A stretch of 63,998 bases of DNA, counting the filler, from Basidioascus undulatus (Eukaryota): assembly GCA_000826855.1 (NCBI GenBank). It is 6 parts of 6 records of this genome, joined end to end, with 100 filler letters (N's around TTAATTAATTAA, not from the genome) between each part and the next. Parts side by side here need not be neighbours in the genome. Positions count along the whole stretch, not along the records: positions 57,584 to 63,998 come from JTLS01001748.1; 5 more parts are not named here. One strand, written 5' to 3'. The notes below the pieces were generated by a model that was given only the letters and a program-made list of their open reading frames with translations, was not told the DNA's origin and did no database searches. Made by a program: the position numbers and the translations under genes. Below, in pieces: positions 62,837-63,998 of the stretch (its first letter is position 1; each line of letters begins with the position of its first letter).

Positions 62837-63195
62837 GGGAGAAACTCTCCTACCCCAGAAGAAAATCTATCATTACATGAGAAAATCCTCCACAGCAGGG
62901 AAAACTCTTCTACCGCAGGAGAAACTCTCCTGACACACAAGCAAATCTCCTACTGCAGGAGAAACTCTCCTACAGAGACTCTCCCGGCGCAGAAGAAAAT
63001 CTCACACTGCAGGAGGAAATCTTGTACCACAGGAGAAACTCTCATCACAAAGAAGAAACTCTCCTACTCCAGGTGAGATCCTCCCGCAGACTCCTCCACT
63101 GCAGGATGAAGTCTCCTGCTGCAGAAGAGACTCTCCCACAGAGGATCTCCCACCACAGGAGGATGTCACCTGCTGCTGATGAAACATCTCCACCA
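62837..63195. repeat. Degenerate 20-bp palindromic tandem array, consensus about GAAACTCTCCTACYGCAGGA
   Basis: 62841 gaaactctcctaccccagaa, 62901 aaaactcttctaccgcagga, 62941 gcaaatctcctactgcagga, 62961 gaaactctcctaca; exact 20-bp phase. Confidence 0.85.
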
Positions 63196-63998
63196 ACAAT
63201 TTTCTGTGTTCATAGTCCAAGTTGGCCCGTGTGCTCAGTCTCCGGTCCCCTGAGACCGGTTCTGGCTGTAGTTAAACTTCAGTAGCGGGCCTTTGAATAT
63301 AGTTGGTCTTGATCTTTTCGAAGCTCAAGAAGGTAAAAGGGAGGATGTGGAAGAGATCAAGCCACACATTATGCATCTCGTCAGTTCGCTAGCAGATAGC
63401 ACCCATAGGATGATAAAAGCAGTTGCAACATGTCAACAGGCTCTGTGGACTAGCCTGGTGCTGATCCCCCAGGATCACCTGTTCCTTTCCCCATGCTGCC
63501 TGTCCTTGTTCGCTTTGATTGATGTTTATTCTAAGAGAGGAAAATGAGTCCTATATTATTTTCTCGAGTTCATCTCTTTGACGAACCACTTGGGGCTTGC
63601 AAAAACCCTGACCAGCTCTGTCTGCAGCTTCTCCACCCTTGAATCTCTACTCATCTTTTGCTGCCCTTACAGAAGGCACAGACTTCTGATGGTTCAAGAG
63701 ACCTCCTAACCTCCCCATAATTCCCCCAGTGAAACAATTCGAGCATCTCTGTGTGCAGACAGCAGCATTGTTGATTGCCCAACAGACCCATGTGGAAACC
63801 AGGCCCAAAGTGCTGTCCTGCCCCTCCTCCAACCTTTCCTCCAACCTCTTTGATAACCCACCTCCCAATCTGCAGCAGGATGCCCAAACCTGATCTTCAA
63901 TCCTCGCCTCCTTCTCTTCCCATTCTCAGCGTACCCCCACCCCATTGCCCCACCCGTAGATCCAAGCGAAAAAATTACCCGCCCTTGAATACCCTTAC

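Noticed and set aside
62837..63195. CRISPR-like appearance of palindromic repeats
   Set aside because: Units are contiguous and degenerate with no unique spacers, no cas genes, and the context is eukaryotic

Overview
Intron-rich, GC-rich fungal (basidiomycete-like) genomic DNA. The window is six unrelated contigs joined by five artificial 100-bp N44-TTAATTAATTAA-N44 linkers, so neighbourhoods across linkers mean nothing. Recognisable conserved genes are RPB7 (partial), PNO1/DIM2, VPS10, YAF9, an NNF1-like gene, ECO1 (3' end), an Ede1-like UBA end, a myo-inositol transporter, HSF1 (5' end), adenosine kinase and an intron-containing tRNA-Met. Between them lie secreted or membrane genes and decayed gene fragments. 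The most notable items are: (1) a ~260-bp insert carrying a TFIIS-type zinc ribbon (CxxC...YQARSADEP...CxxC) inside an exon of the inositol transporter; (2) a signal-peptide-bearing aldo-keto reductase homologue with the catalytic Tyr replaced by Asp; (3) a convergent pair of paralogous membrane/helical proteins I cannot assign to a family; (4) a head-to-head pair of Cys-rich paralogues, one GPI-like and one anchorless; (5) related 20-bp palindromic arrays on two contigs; (6) an orphan frameshifted O-GlcNAc transferase fragment; (7) a decaying F-box/LRR family. All gene models and family calls were read by eye, without database searches.
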